A program made the position numbers and the translations under genes. Under the pieces are notes generated by a model, which ran no database searches, was not told the DNA's origin, and saw nothing but the letters and a program-made list of their open reading frames with translations. 64,000 bases of DNA, from IMG/VR virus record IMGVR_UViG_3300046779_000589, positions 243 through 64,242 of that record; one strand, given 5' to 3'. Source of the DNA: a virus (taxonomy: Duplodnaviria; Caudoviricetes). This document shows positions 1 to 7,909 of the stretch, one piece after another; the first letter of the stretch is position 1, and each line of letters starts with the position of its first letter.

Positions 1-1273
1 GCCGCCGCACAATCTCGTCGGTGAACCGTTGCTGTTCCGCTGCCATAGCGGCTTCACGCGCAGCCTCATCCGCAGTGCGGACACGCGACAACTCTTCGGT
101 GCTGTCCACGGTGTCGTAAAGTGTTTCTGCGAGTCCGGGCATACCAAGATACGCCGCCGCGTCACCTAGCTTTTCCGTGGACCAACCACCTGCACCGCGT
201 ACCGCCCCCGTAACCGCCTCAGCGGCATCAGTCGCCATTTCCCCAACACCCGCCCCCGCCGCGATCTGTTCCGCCCGCAGTTGGTTCAGCGTCATATCTT
301 CAAGGCGCGGGTTGTTCTCGGCGTACTCTTGCTCCAGTGCCGGAATACCCGCACGGACACCCTCACCCGTTCTGCGCCATTCATCGCCTGCAAGGATACG
401 CTCAGACATACGCATACGGGGCGGAAGTTCCGGCTGGTCGTAATACCCACCTTCGGGGCGCACACCGGGGATCGGGTTCCCCACGGGTACGGGCGGATAC
501 ATCGGACCACGCGGCGCAAACAAAGGACCGCTCTCCGGTGCATCCGGCTCGTTGGGATAAACCGGGTTCTCTGGGGGAACGTCAACGTAAGACGGGTTCA
601 CCGGGGTGAAGTCAATCGCGTTAGGATCGACGCGCCCAACAGGGACCGGATCAAACGGACTGGCCGGAACGACAGGCTCGACGTAATCATCCGGCACCCA
701 CTGGATGGTGTCGGCAGCGCCACCGGGTTCAACCGCTTCCATGCGGGCACGGCGGGCGCGGTTTACCGACCCCTGAACGAGACTTGCAGCTTGTGCGGGG
801 TCCAGCCCTGCGACGAACTCTTGGACGCTCTGCCCCATGCGGTTTGCCATTGCCCGGACGGCGTTGTCCGACAGGACTTCCGGTGGGAGCGCAGTAACTG
901 TTTGTCCTGCAGCCATCTTCCGCACCATCCCGCCCTGCGCCATGCCCTGCACAGGTTCTTCCATCGGGGCGGCTTGCGGAGCAAGGGCGGCGATGCCCGT
1001 GTTCTGGGTCAGGTCGGTCTGGGGGGCCAGAGCCTGCGCCATCGGCGCGATGCCAGCCTGCGGCACACCTGCGGCAGCAACAGCGTCTTGGGCCACCGTG
1101 GTTTGCGGAGCCTGTGCGTTCTGGGCTTGGAAGTCATCCCGCACGCGCTTGCGGCGCTGGAGTTCAGACAGCACGAGGAACTGCGGTGCCATGCCCGTGG
1201 GCATCTGCATCTCTTGGGCAAGCTGTTGCTCAGAGAGACCCTTCAAGCGGTCCTGAACTTGGATGATATTCAT
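1..1273 (-). CDS. Virion ejection/DNA-pilot-like protein, N-terminal part; runs off the window start
   Basis: Not in the ORF track. ATG at 1273 follows the stop of 1277..2302 and reads MNIIQVQDRLKGLSEQQLAQEMQMPTGMAPQFLVLSELQRRKRVR... I saw no stop in this frame down to base 1. It contains MAQGGMV and lies in the ejection-gene block. Confidence 0.7.
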   Translation of the reverse strand, partial: MNIIQVQDRLKGLSEQQLAQEMQMPTGMAPQFLVLSELQRRKRVRDDFQAQNAQAPQTTVAQDAVAAAGVPQAGIAPMAQALAPQTDLTQNTGIAALAPQAAPMEEPVQGMAQGGMVRKMAAGQTVTALPPEVLSDNAVRAMANRMGQSVQEFVAGLDPAQAASLVQGSVNRARRARMEAVEPGGAADTIQWVPDDYVEPVVPASPFDPVPVGRVDPNAIDFTPVNPSYVDVPPENPVYPNEPDAPESGPLFAPRGPMYPPVPVGNPIPGVRPEGGYYDQPELPPRMRMSERILAGDEWRRTGEGVRAGIPALEQEYAENNPRLEDMTLNQLRAEQIAAGAGVGEMATDAAEAVTGAVRGAGGWSTEKLGDAAAYLGMPGLAETLYDTVDSTEELSRVRTADEAAREAAMAAEQQRFTDEIVRR

Positions 1274-1276
1274 CAC

Positions 1277-2302
1277 TTACCCCATCGCGTTGTAGAGGCC
1301 GAGGGCCGAGATACCCATGCCAAGATATTGCTGCAGCGGATTGTACGGCACAGAGGTCGTCTGGCTCGTGGCGTTGGCCACCGGACTGCCGTGCAACATA
1401 CTGGCGTAGCGTTCCAACTGCTCCATCGGGTAGCCCTGCTGGCGCAGGAAGTCTTGGTAGGCAGTGTCGAGTCCGGCCTGCTGCTGACCCTGCTGGGCGG
1501 CACCTTGGGCTTGGAGAAGCTGTGCAGCCTGCACGTCGCCAGCACGAGCGGCGCGTTCCAGTGAAGCCGTCTGGTTGGCCAAATCGGATTGGAACTGCAG
1601 GCGGTTCAGTCCGAGGTTGGCATAGTTCAGGTTCTCGCCAGCCTGACCTGCCTGCACCCGGCTGAGTTCGGCGGCGCGGGCTTGGTCGGTCGCCATACGA
1701 GCGGCGCGGTCCTGTTCGAACATGCGCTGCGCGTCTGTGTAAGACTGCTGCAGCCCTTCCGACTGGATTTGGTTCGTGCGGGTCAACAAGTCGCGTTCGG
1801 CCATACCCTGCTGGACACCCTGACGGGAGCCGCCAAAGGCACCAGCCTGCACAGCTTGCGCGTTACGGGCTTGGTTGGCGATCTGGAAGTCTTCGACGGC
1901 AGACATCTTCTGCGCGTCCACGACGTTCTGCATGTAGGGCGACATATACTGGCCGATAGCCTGCCCGGAGAAGGTGCCCGGATCAGAATAGCCATACTCG
2001 GAGAACTGATACGGCCCACCCGCACCGATTTGGCCCGCCTGATTGTAGGCGTCCTGAGTCATCCCCATCGCAGCCTGCGTGCCCGGCATCCCCCGGTTCG
2101 CCATGTCGCGGATGATGCCGTAGGACTGGTTCGTGTCCGCAGAGGTGTCAGCAAGCCGCTGCCCTTGGTAGGGGATGTAGTCTTGGTTGGAGATCGCCTC
2201 GCCGCGCTTCAAAACCCGTTCGAAGAACGGGTAGAACTGCTTCGGGATAGTCGTGTTCGTGACCGTCGAAGTGGTCGATCCGCTGCTTCCGCCGCCAGAC
2301 AT
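1277..2302 (-). CDS. Putative internal virion/DNA ejection protein (Gln/Ala/Gly-rich)
   Basis: Start reassigned to ATG 2302 (GGAGG RBS upstream; MSGGGSSGSTTSTV...). Q/A-rich helical composition and position are typical of podovirus pilot proteins. Confidence 0.65.
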   Translation of the reverse strand: MSGGGSSGSTTSTVTNTTIPKQFYPFFERVLKRGEAISNQDYIPYQGQRLADTSADTNQSYGIIRDMANRGMPGTQAAMGMTQDAYNQAGQIGAGGPYQFSEYGYSDPGTFSGQAIGQYMSPYMQNVVDAQKMSAVEDFQIANQARNAQAVQAGAFGGSRQGVQQGMAERDLLTRTNQIQSEGLQQSYTDAQRMFEQDRAARMATDQARAAELSRVQAGQAGENLNYANLGLNRLQFQSDLANQTASLERAARAGDVQAAQLLQAQGAAQQGQQQAGLDTAYQDFLRQQGYPMEQLERYASMLHGSPVANATSQTTSVPYNPLQQYLGMGISALGLYNAMG

Positions 2303-2303
2303 G

Positions 2304-2744
2304 TTAGACCTCCATCTTGTACTGGACGTATTCCGGCTCCCAGCCGACACGTTGCGCCCAGCGAATCCATGCGTTGCGACCAGTGGCTTCAAGCCGCGTG
2401 CAGTCGTTCAGTTTGGCGTGCGCCTTGATGTGATCGTGTGCCATGCCCAACCACTCAGCCATACGCGTACCACCCATCCACTCTATTACCATAGCATTCA
2501 TGTCAGGGTAACGGGCTACTCGCGTAGTGAAAGCTGCGATGACCGCGTTCAGGTTGGTATCGAACACAATCCAAAGCAGGTGCCCACCGGACGAAACAGA
2601 CTGGTAGAGGCTTGGGATAGACATCCGACCACCAGCGGTGCGTTCGGCACGGGTTACATGCGGGAGGGCTTTAGGCCACATCAGCGACACATGCTCCACG
2701 GGAACAGGCGCACAAACCAATACGGACTTAGCCTCGTCGCTCAT
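2304..2744 (-). CDS. Small protein in the ejection module, possibly GNAT-like/T7 gp13-like
   Basis: 146 aa with an ATGA overlap with the upstream gene. The LEATGRNAWIRWAQRVGW segment recalls the acetyltransferase-fold gene found at this position in podoviruses. Confidence 0.5.
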   Translation of the reverse strand: MSDEAKSVLVCAPVPVEHVSLMWPKALPHVTRAERTAGGRMSIPSLYQSVSSGGHLLWIVFDTNLNAVIAAFTTRVARYPDMNAMVIEWMGGTRMAEWLGMAHDHIKAHAKLNDCTRLEATGRNAWIRWAQRVGWEPEYVQYKMEV

Positions 2745-4084
2745 GCCGGAAGTGCCTCTTTAGGCTTGATCTGCGGAGCCTGTTCTTTCTTACCCGTGCG
2801 GGACTCACGAACCCGGTCGAGCATCGCATCAAGGGCTTTAGCCCCCGCTTCGGACGACCCGTTGCCGAGGTGCGATACGACATCGGCGGGCACGACATAC
2901 TCACTGTCGGCCAGCAGGACATCCTCTCCGGTTTCCTTGATTTTGGCGGGGACGCGGTCGTCCATGCCATCGCCCGGCCCCTGCACCCGGCCACCATCTT
3001 TCGACGCTTCGCCTTCGGCCTTACCGGATTCAACCTTGTCCACCAGATCGCGCAGGGCGTCTTCGCCGTACATAGCGAGGAAGCGACCCAGCGCCGGGCG
3101 CGGGTCTTCTACTTGACCTTTGATCGCACGGATCGCCTCAACCACCACATCCTTCTCATTGCCGCCCGCAGGTGCATCCATCCCCGCATCCGCGTTGTTT
3201 TCTTCGTCATCCATACCTGCCAGAGACGCAATCCCGCCTTCGGCCATACGCATCGGGCCAAGGGCATTCACAACACCGCCGCCGACAAAGCCGCGCAGTC
3301 GGTTGTAGTTGGCCAAAGCCCCAGCGGTCTGGGGCGACGAGATGCCGTAGTTCCATTCGGGGTCGAAACCGGGGCGGTAGCCAGCGGGGGGCGCAATATA
3401 ATTGCGCGGCATCGGCAGGGATTCCGAGGAGTCAACCTTGTAGTTGCCTTCCTTGTCCTTACCGCCGCCCTGCGACATGTTGCGGCCCAGTGCGCTACCG
3501 ACCATGCTGCCAATGCCTGCACCGATACCTGTCGGCGTCTTGGCAAAAGCCAGACCCCCGCGAAGCGCGTCACCCGCTGCACCGCGACCGAGCATACCGC
3601 CAATACCGCCTTGCGGACCTGCAAGCGTTGCAGTGTACGCCCGCGCTGCGTCAGTGGCCCCTTGGCTAAGGGGTGCGGTCATCGCGGCTTGGGATACACC
3701 GGACTTGGCTGCGGCTTGGGCAAGCTGCGGGGCGAGAGAGGTTACAGTGCCCCCACCTGCCGTAGACAGCCCCTGCGTAGCAGCAGTTGTGGCCGCGTTG
3801 GTCGCACCTTGTGCAGCAGCAGTTGTGGCTGCGTTTGTCGCACCTTGTGCAGCAGCGTTACCTGCAGCGCCGCCTGCACCACCAAGCAACGGACCGAGGA
3901 GCGCACCGCCTGCCAGAGAGCCAAGCCCGGTCAGGATGCCTTTCTCAAGGCTACCCGTTTCTGCCGTAGAACCCAGCCCCGCGCCAATAGCGCCAGCACC
4001 CAGAGCGCCGAGGCCAAGGCCACCCAGCACGCCTGACGCGCCAAGGGCACTACCTGCCAGACCAAGAAGAAGCGGGAGGACCAT
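2741..4084 (-). CDS. Putative ejection protein: Gly/Ala-rich hydrophobic N-terminus and conserved C-terminal GPGDG..D..PA..LADSEYVVPADVV domain
   Basis: 447 aa with a GGAG RBS. The N-terminal GA-rich segments are membrane-compatible. Contains MAEGG. Confidence 0.65.
   Translation of the reverse strand: MVLPLLLGLAGSALGASGVLGGLGLGALGAGAIGAGLGSTAETGSLEKGILTGLGSLAGGALLGPLLGGAGGAAGNAAAQGATNAATTAAAQGATNAATTAATQGLSTAGGGTVTSLAPQLAQAAAKSGVSQAAMTAPLSQGATDAARAYTATLAGPQGGIGGMLGRGAAGDALRGGLAFAKTPTGIGAGIGSMVGSALGRNMSQGGGKDKEGNYKVDSSESLPMPRNYIAPPAGYRPGFDPEWNYGISSPQTAGALANYNRLRGFVGGGVVNALGPMRMAEGGIASLAGMDDEENNADAGMDAPAGGNEKDVVVEAIRAIKGQVEDPRPALGRFLAMYGEDALRDLVDKVESGKAEGEASKDGGRVQGPGDGMDDRVPAKIKETGEDVLLADSEYVVPADVVSHLGNGSSEAGAKALDAMLDRVRESRTGKKEQAPQIKPKEALPA
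3781..3852. repeat. Two copies of a 36-bp tandem repeat encoding a 12-aa unit (AAQGATNAATTA)
   Basis: Read directly: cagcagttgtggccgcgttggtcgcaccttgtgcag followed by a near-identical copy. Confidence 0.85.
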
Positions 4085-4113
4085 TGCTCACTCCATTCCC
4101 AATAAGTTGCTGT

Positions 4114-4132
4114 ATACTAGCACACGCTACGT
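4114..4132 (-). promoter_or_regulatory. Putative late promoter motif ACGTAGCGTG-N3-TAGTAT
   Basis: Intergenic, upstream of 4084. The same 10-mer with the same spacing occurs at 22271-22289. Confidence 0.6.
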
Positions 4133-4147
4133 AGTACGTACTACCCC

Positions 4148-4444
4148 TTACGGAGCCTTCGTAATCTGACCCACTCCACCCGTAGCGGACACGCCCGCTA
4201 GGTTCGGGGCGTTAGCCAAAGCCACCTTTACAAAACCATTGCCGTCACGAAACAAGGCACCCGGCTCAAGACCTTGGTCCGATGTTTGTAGGTCAGTCAG
4301 CACAATCCCCGTGTTGCGACCTTCGCCGGGGTTCTGCTGCTGTTGTTGGTAGGTAGCGAACGCACGGATCAGGTCGGCCATGTACCGCTGATCGTATTGC
4401 GCTGGCGGATTTGGGAACCGGGGTGCGACAAGGTTTCTGGCCAT
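4148..4444 (-). CDS. Small tail-associated protein
   Basis: 98 aa, coupled to the nozzle gene stop. Confidence 0.6.
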   Translation of the reverse strand: MARNLVAPRFPNPPAQYDQRYMADLIRAFATYQQQQQNPGEGRNTGIVLTDLQTSDQGLEPGALFRDGNGFVKVALANAPNLAGVSATGGVGQITKAP

Positions 4445-6591
4445 CAGCGCCGCCCGTCCGTGCGGACATCAATACGAGGGTGCCCGAAGCGCCAAGCCAC
4501 GCCAAGCTGATCGCTCTCGACCCGCACGGCAAAGGTCCGTCCGCGCAAGCGCGTGAAGACTTGGTTGGTGTACTGCTCTACGGGATAAGTCGCGGTTCGG
4601 ATCACATCACGTGCGTTCGACTGGCTGAAATTTGCACCGGGGAAGTTCGACATCTTCACCGTCATCGTCAGTTCCGGCGTATTCGGGGAGTCGCGGAACG
4701 TCACGTCAGGCAGCACACGGGTGATGAACGAGAACTGATTGCCGTCCCCGATGTCCTGCCCGGAGGACTCGATATACGCCGTAATCGGCGTAGCAGGGAA
4801 TGTGCTGCCGTCGTCAAAGCCGTCTTCGTGCAGATACGCCGCATGATCCAGACCCGTCGCCAACGGGTAGATGCCCGTGTTCTTGTGGGTCCACGCAGAC
4901 CGCGTCATCGTGCCAAAGTACCACAGCTTTTGCTGGTAGTTGAACACGACGTAACGGTCGTTCTCGGTGCTGTCGGCGCTGGGGTAGAACCACCAGACCT
5001 CGTTGAAGTTTTGGTTGACCCCACAAGCAACCTTGGTTGTCTGGTCCAGATTGATGTCGGAGAATACGTAGTCCTTCACCGTGCAGGGGAGTTGCGAGAC
5101 AACGCCATCGTAGGCGAAGAAGTCGCCCTGCCCCATCCAGAACACCGCATCATCCACGCTGACCGCTGCATTCGGCCCGATAATGGAGATGTTGTCCGAC
5201 AGCATGTCGATGCCAAAGGTATAGGGCGGGCCGAGATAGCGCATCGCGTGCACCGAGACATCGGTAATCACGACGGTTTGCTGCTTGGTTTCAACAGCAC
5301 ACACGATCTCGGACCCCGTACCCAGACGGAGCGAACCTGCGGAGTTGGTCGGAAGCGATTGCCAGTCTGCCGCGTTCTCCTGCGTGGAGAAACGAATTAG
5401 CAGGGGGTCCATCACGCCCGGCGAAAACTCATCGTCGCAACCAAACGCGACCACGTGACGGTCTGCGTCACTGATGATGACTTGCTTCGCAAGCGTCGGT
5501 GCGAAACTCGCACCGGGCAGGTCCGACAATGCAACAGCGCGTGGGTAATTCGTGTTCTTGGCCCAGTAGTAGATGCCACCGTCGCGGACGTTGAAGATCA
5601 GGTCTTGGCCATAATTGTCGCCACCCCACAGCCGCAGTTGTGCGCCGGGGACCGTAACCGTAGCGGGGTCGCCCCAACCCGTTGTGGTCGGTGGAGACGA
5701 AGTTCCGCCCGTACCAATACCGCCATACGGACCCGCGCCCCAACCCGTACCGCTGATGCTCGTGTTTAGACCCGCAGTGATCTGGTAGGCACCAACAGTG
5801 GCAGCGCCACCTGTGCCGCTGTCACCTGCGGCAGAGAAGACGTAGGTCGGGTCCAGCCCGTCAGTCGTGGTGATCGACGAAACTGTCGATACCGTGCGAG
5901 CCGAGATGACATACGTGCTTAACGTCAGGATCGCGTCGATCTGGTATTCTTGGTTCAGGACCGCTGCGGTCATGTTACCGCCAAGCGAGGTCGCCCCGGA
6001 GAAGGTCACGAAATCGTTTTGGTACGCGCCGTGGGCCGTATCTGTCACGATGATACTGGCCGAGGACACAGCGGCACCGTTTGAATGGGATGCGGCGGTC
6101 GTGCCATCGACCCCCCGGACGATACCGCCCAGCGTGCTGCCCGACACGGTGGCGTAGGTCATGACCTCGTTGTCGATTTTGATGCGCCCGCCCGTGGTCG
6201 GGAAGTTCGTGACAGACGCGAGGGTGATCGTGCGCTGGCTGTCGTCGATGGCCCCATTCAGCGTGGTGTAACCCACGGCAAAAGTCACATCACCCGCAGC
6301 CGTCGTGGCGCGGATAGGGGTGATGTCGTTATAGACGCCGCTGCCGTAGACGTAGAATTTCAGGTTGGTGCCAAAGCCCACATACTGGTTGGCGTCCAGC
6401 GCCACCCACGGTACGATGAAACGACAGGTGCCAAGAAAGTATGCGGGGCTGAACTTGGTCCAGCCACCGATTTTTTCCGGCAGACCCATGCGGAAGCGGA
6501 CCTTATCAATATCCCACCAGCCGCCTTCGTTGGCGTACCCGGTAATCTCTCGGTTCACACCCGGAGAGAACTGGAGTTTCATAAGTGGCAT
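4444..6591 (-). CDS. Tail nozzle/tubular protein B-like (P22 gp10/T7 gp12-like stabilization protein)
   Basis: 715 aa, beta-rich. Starts MPLMKLQFSPGVNRE and ends WRFGHPRIDVRTDGRR, termini typical of this family. Located next to the ejection genes. Confidence 0.75.
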   Translation of the reverse strand: MPLMKLQFSPGVNREITGYANEGGWWDIDKVRFRMGLPEKIGGWTKFSPAYFLGTCRFIVPWVALDANQYVGFGTNLKFYVYGSGVYNDITPIRATTAAGDVTFAVGYTTLNGAIDDSQRTITLASVTNFPTTGGRIKIDNEVMTYATVSGSTLGGIVRGVDGTTAASHSNGAAVSSASIIVTDTAHGAYQNDFVTFSGATSLGGNMTAAVLNQEYQIDAILTLSTYVISARTVSTVSSITTTDGLDPTYVFSAAGDSGTGGAATVGAYQITAGLNTSISGTGWGAGPYGGIGTGGTSSPPTTTGWGDPATVTVPGAQLRLWGGDNYGQDLIFNVRDGGIYYWAKNTNYPRAVALSDLPGASFAPTLAKQVIISDADRHVVAFGCDDEFSPGVMDPLLIRFSTQENAADWQSLPTNSAGSLRLGTGSEIVCAVETKQQTVVITDVSVHAMRYLGPPYTFGIDMLSDNISIIGPNAAVSVDDAVFWMGQGDFFAYDGVVSQLPCTVKDYVFSDINLDQTTKVACGVNQNFNEVWWFYPSADSTENDRYVVFNYQQKLWYFGTMTRSAWTHKNTGIYPLATGLDHAAYLHEDGFDDGSTFPATPITAYIESSGQDIGDGNQFSFITRVLPDVTFRDSPNTPELTMTVKMSNFPGANFSQSNARDVIRTATYPVEQYTNQVFTRLRGRTFAVRVESDQLGVAWRFGHPRIDVRTDGRR

Positions 6592-6621
6592 GGCGTCATC
6601 TCCTATGCGACGGAGTATACA

Positions 6622-6825
6622 TCACTCACAGATTGCCGCCACCTGCTCGTTATAGACCGCAATATCCGTCAGCAGCCGTTCATCGTGCTTGGCCAACCAC
6701 TCCACCGTGTCGAGGGAACCGAACAAAATCGGCTGGCTCAAAGTGCAGTAGTCATTTGCCGGAACCGCGCACCCACTTAGCAGCGCGGCGCTTGAGAGTA
6801 TCCCGATCCAGAGCCTCGACTTCAT
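6622..6825 (-). CDS. Rz1: o-spanin (Rz1-like lipoprotein)
   Basis: ATG 6825 with GGAGG. The signal peptide has a lipobox LSGC, and the gene overlaps the i-spanin in another frame. Confidence 0.75.
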   Translation of the reverse strand: MKSRLWIGILSSAALLSGCAVPANDYCTLSQPILFGSLDTVEWLAKHDERLLTDIAVYNEQVAAICE

Positions 6826-7000
6826 TTCGGACCTCCTGTGCTTCCTGCACCCGCTCCAGCGTGCGACGTTCAATTTTCTGCCGCAGGCGCTGTTCCCCCT
6901 GATGCAGCAGTGCGCTCCGCACGCCAAGACAGCCAAGGATGAAGGCGACAGCCACAACCCCATAAAGCTGCCACTTGGTCAGCGAATGCCATCCACCCAT
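6752..7000 (-). CDS. Rz: i-spanin (Rz-like)
   Basis: N-terminal TM (LYGVVAVAFILGCLGV) followed by a coiled coil, lying between endolysin and lipoprotein. The start codon is uncertain. Confidence 0.65.
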   Translation of the reverse strand: MGGWHSLTKWQLYGVVAVAFILGCLGVRSALLHQGEQRLRQKIERRTLERVQEAQEVRNEVEALDRDTLKRRAAKWVRGSGK

Positions 7001-7602
7001 TTCTTGATCCTCTCCCGCATGATCCACGCCGCTGCAAACACGACGATAGCACAGAGAACCAAAGCCACGATCTGCGCGTTGCCGTCAAGCGCCCCGACAG
7101 CCGCAAGCCCCCCACCAACACCCGACGCGATCTGGACTGCGGATGCCTGCACGGTCGTGGACTGTGCGACAGTGGTGCGTTCTTCCGGCGGCTTGGCTTT
7201 GCTGGTCCAGTCGCCAGCGGGATAGACCTTACGATCCAGTTCGAAGTGCGGGCCGTCTTTGAACGACTTCCAGTCGCCACCCCAGTCCAGCGCCACGCCC
7301 TCTGCTTCGGCAGCGGCTTTCACGGCAGGGCCAAGTTTGTCGTAGAGGGGCCAAGCAAACGAGGCTTTCCCATCCGGCCCAATCGGAACCAGATCAACGG
7401 CGTGCCCGGTGATGTGACGGCTATCCATCGTCTTGGACGCACCAGAGGCCACGAGTTGCTTCTGCCGTGCGACCGTGCGAAGCCCTTCGATTACGACGAA
7501 GTCCACCGGGCTTTCCTGCAAGGCACGGTCGATCACCCGACGCAGGTCGGGGTGAATACCCTTGAGGTTATTCAAACTGCGGGTCGAAAACTTGCGAGTC
7601 AT
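6979..7602 (-). CDS. Endolysin, M15 family L-Ala-D-Glu peptidase-like, with a C-terminal hydrophobic hairpin
   Basis: Motifs EGLRTVARQ, SRHITGHAVDL, WGGDW and DGPHFEL. The C-terminus includes IVALVLCAIVVFAAAWIM. Confidence 0.85.
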   Translation of the reverse strand: MTRKFSTRSLNNLKGIHPDLRRVIDRALQESPVDFVVIEGLRTVARQKQLVASGASKTMDSRHITGHAVDLVPIGPDGKASFAWPLYDKLGPAVKAAAEAEGVALDWGGDWKSFKDGPHFELDRKVYPAGDWTSKAKPPEERTTVAQSTTVQASAVQIASGVGGGLAAVGALDGNAQIVALVLCAIVVFAAAWIMRERIKKWVDGIR

Positions 7603-7871
7603 AGCCCTGCTCCCCGTTTCAAGATGTAGGCGATACCCGCCCCGACAACCAACCAGAAGCCCTTGTCCACCATGTGGTAGACCACCCCGCGTTGGATCGT
7701 CACCTTCTCCACCGCACCGACACGATCAGACAGCTTGGTATGGCCGTCGTCGTACTTGTCCATGCGCTTGAAGAGCGTAACCATGCGCTCCTCCATGCGG
7801 GCCAAGAGTGTGATCGCTTCGGACATCTTGTCCAACTTGTCCTCTATGCGGGTCAGACGGTCTTCGCTCAT
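7599..7871 (-). CDS. Holin-like/XhlA-like protein (coiled coil plus C-terminal TM)
   Basis: 90 aa with FWLVVGAGIAYIL, directly upstream of the endolysin. Confidence 0.55.
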   Translation of the reverse strand: MSEDRLTRIEDKLDKMSEAITLLARMEERMVTLFKRMDKYDDGHTKLSDRVGAVEKVTIQRGVVYHMVDKGFWLVVGAGIAYILKRGAGL

Positions 7872-7909
7872 CTCAGGCTCGCTCGTTGCAGTTTCTTATA
7901 GGGGTGGGA

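Noticed and set aside
1271-1279. Stop-codon readthrough fusing 1277..2302 to the next in-frame gene (TAA GTG ATG)
   Set aside because: TAA is an efficient stop and the downstream ATG has a plausible RBS-like GGGGT, so simple adjacency is enough.
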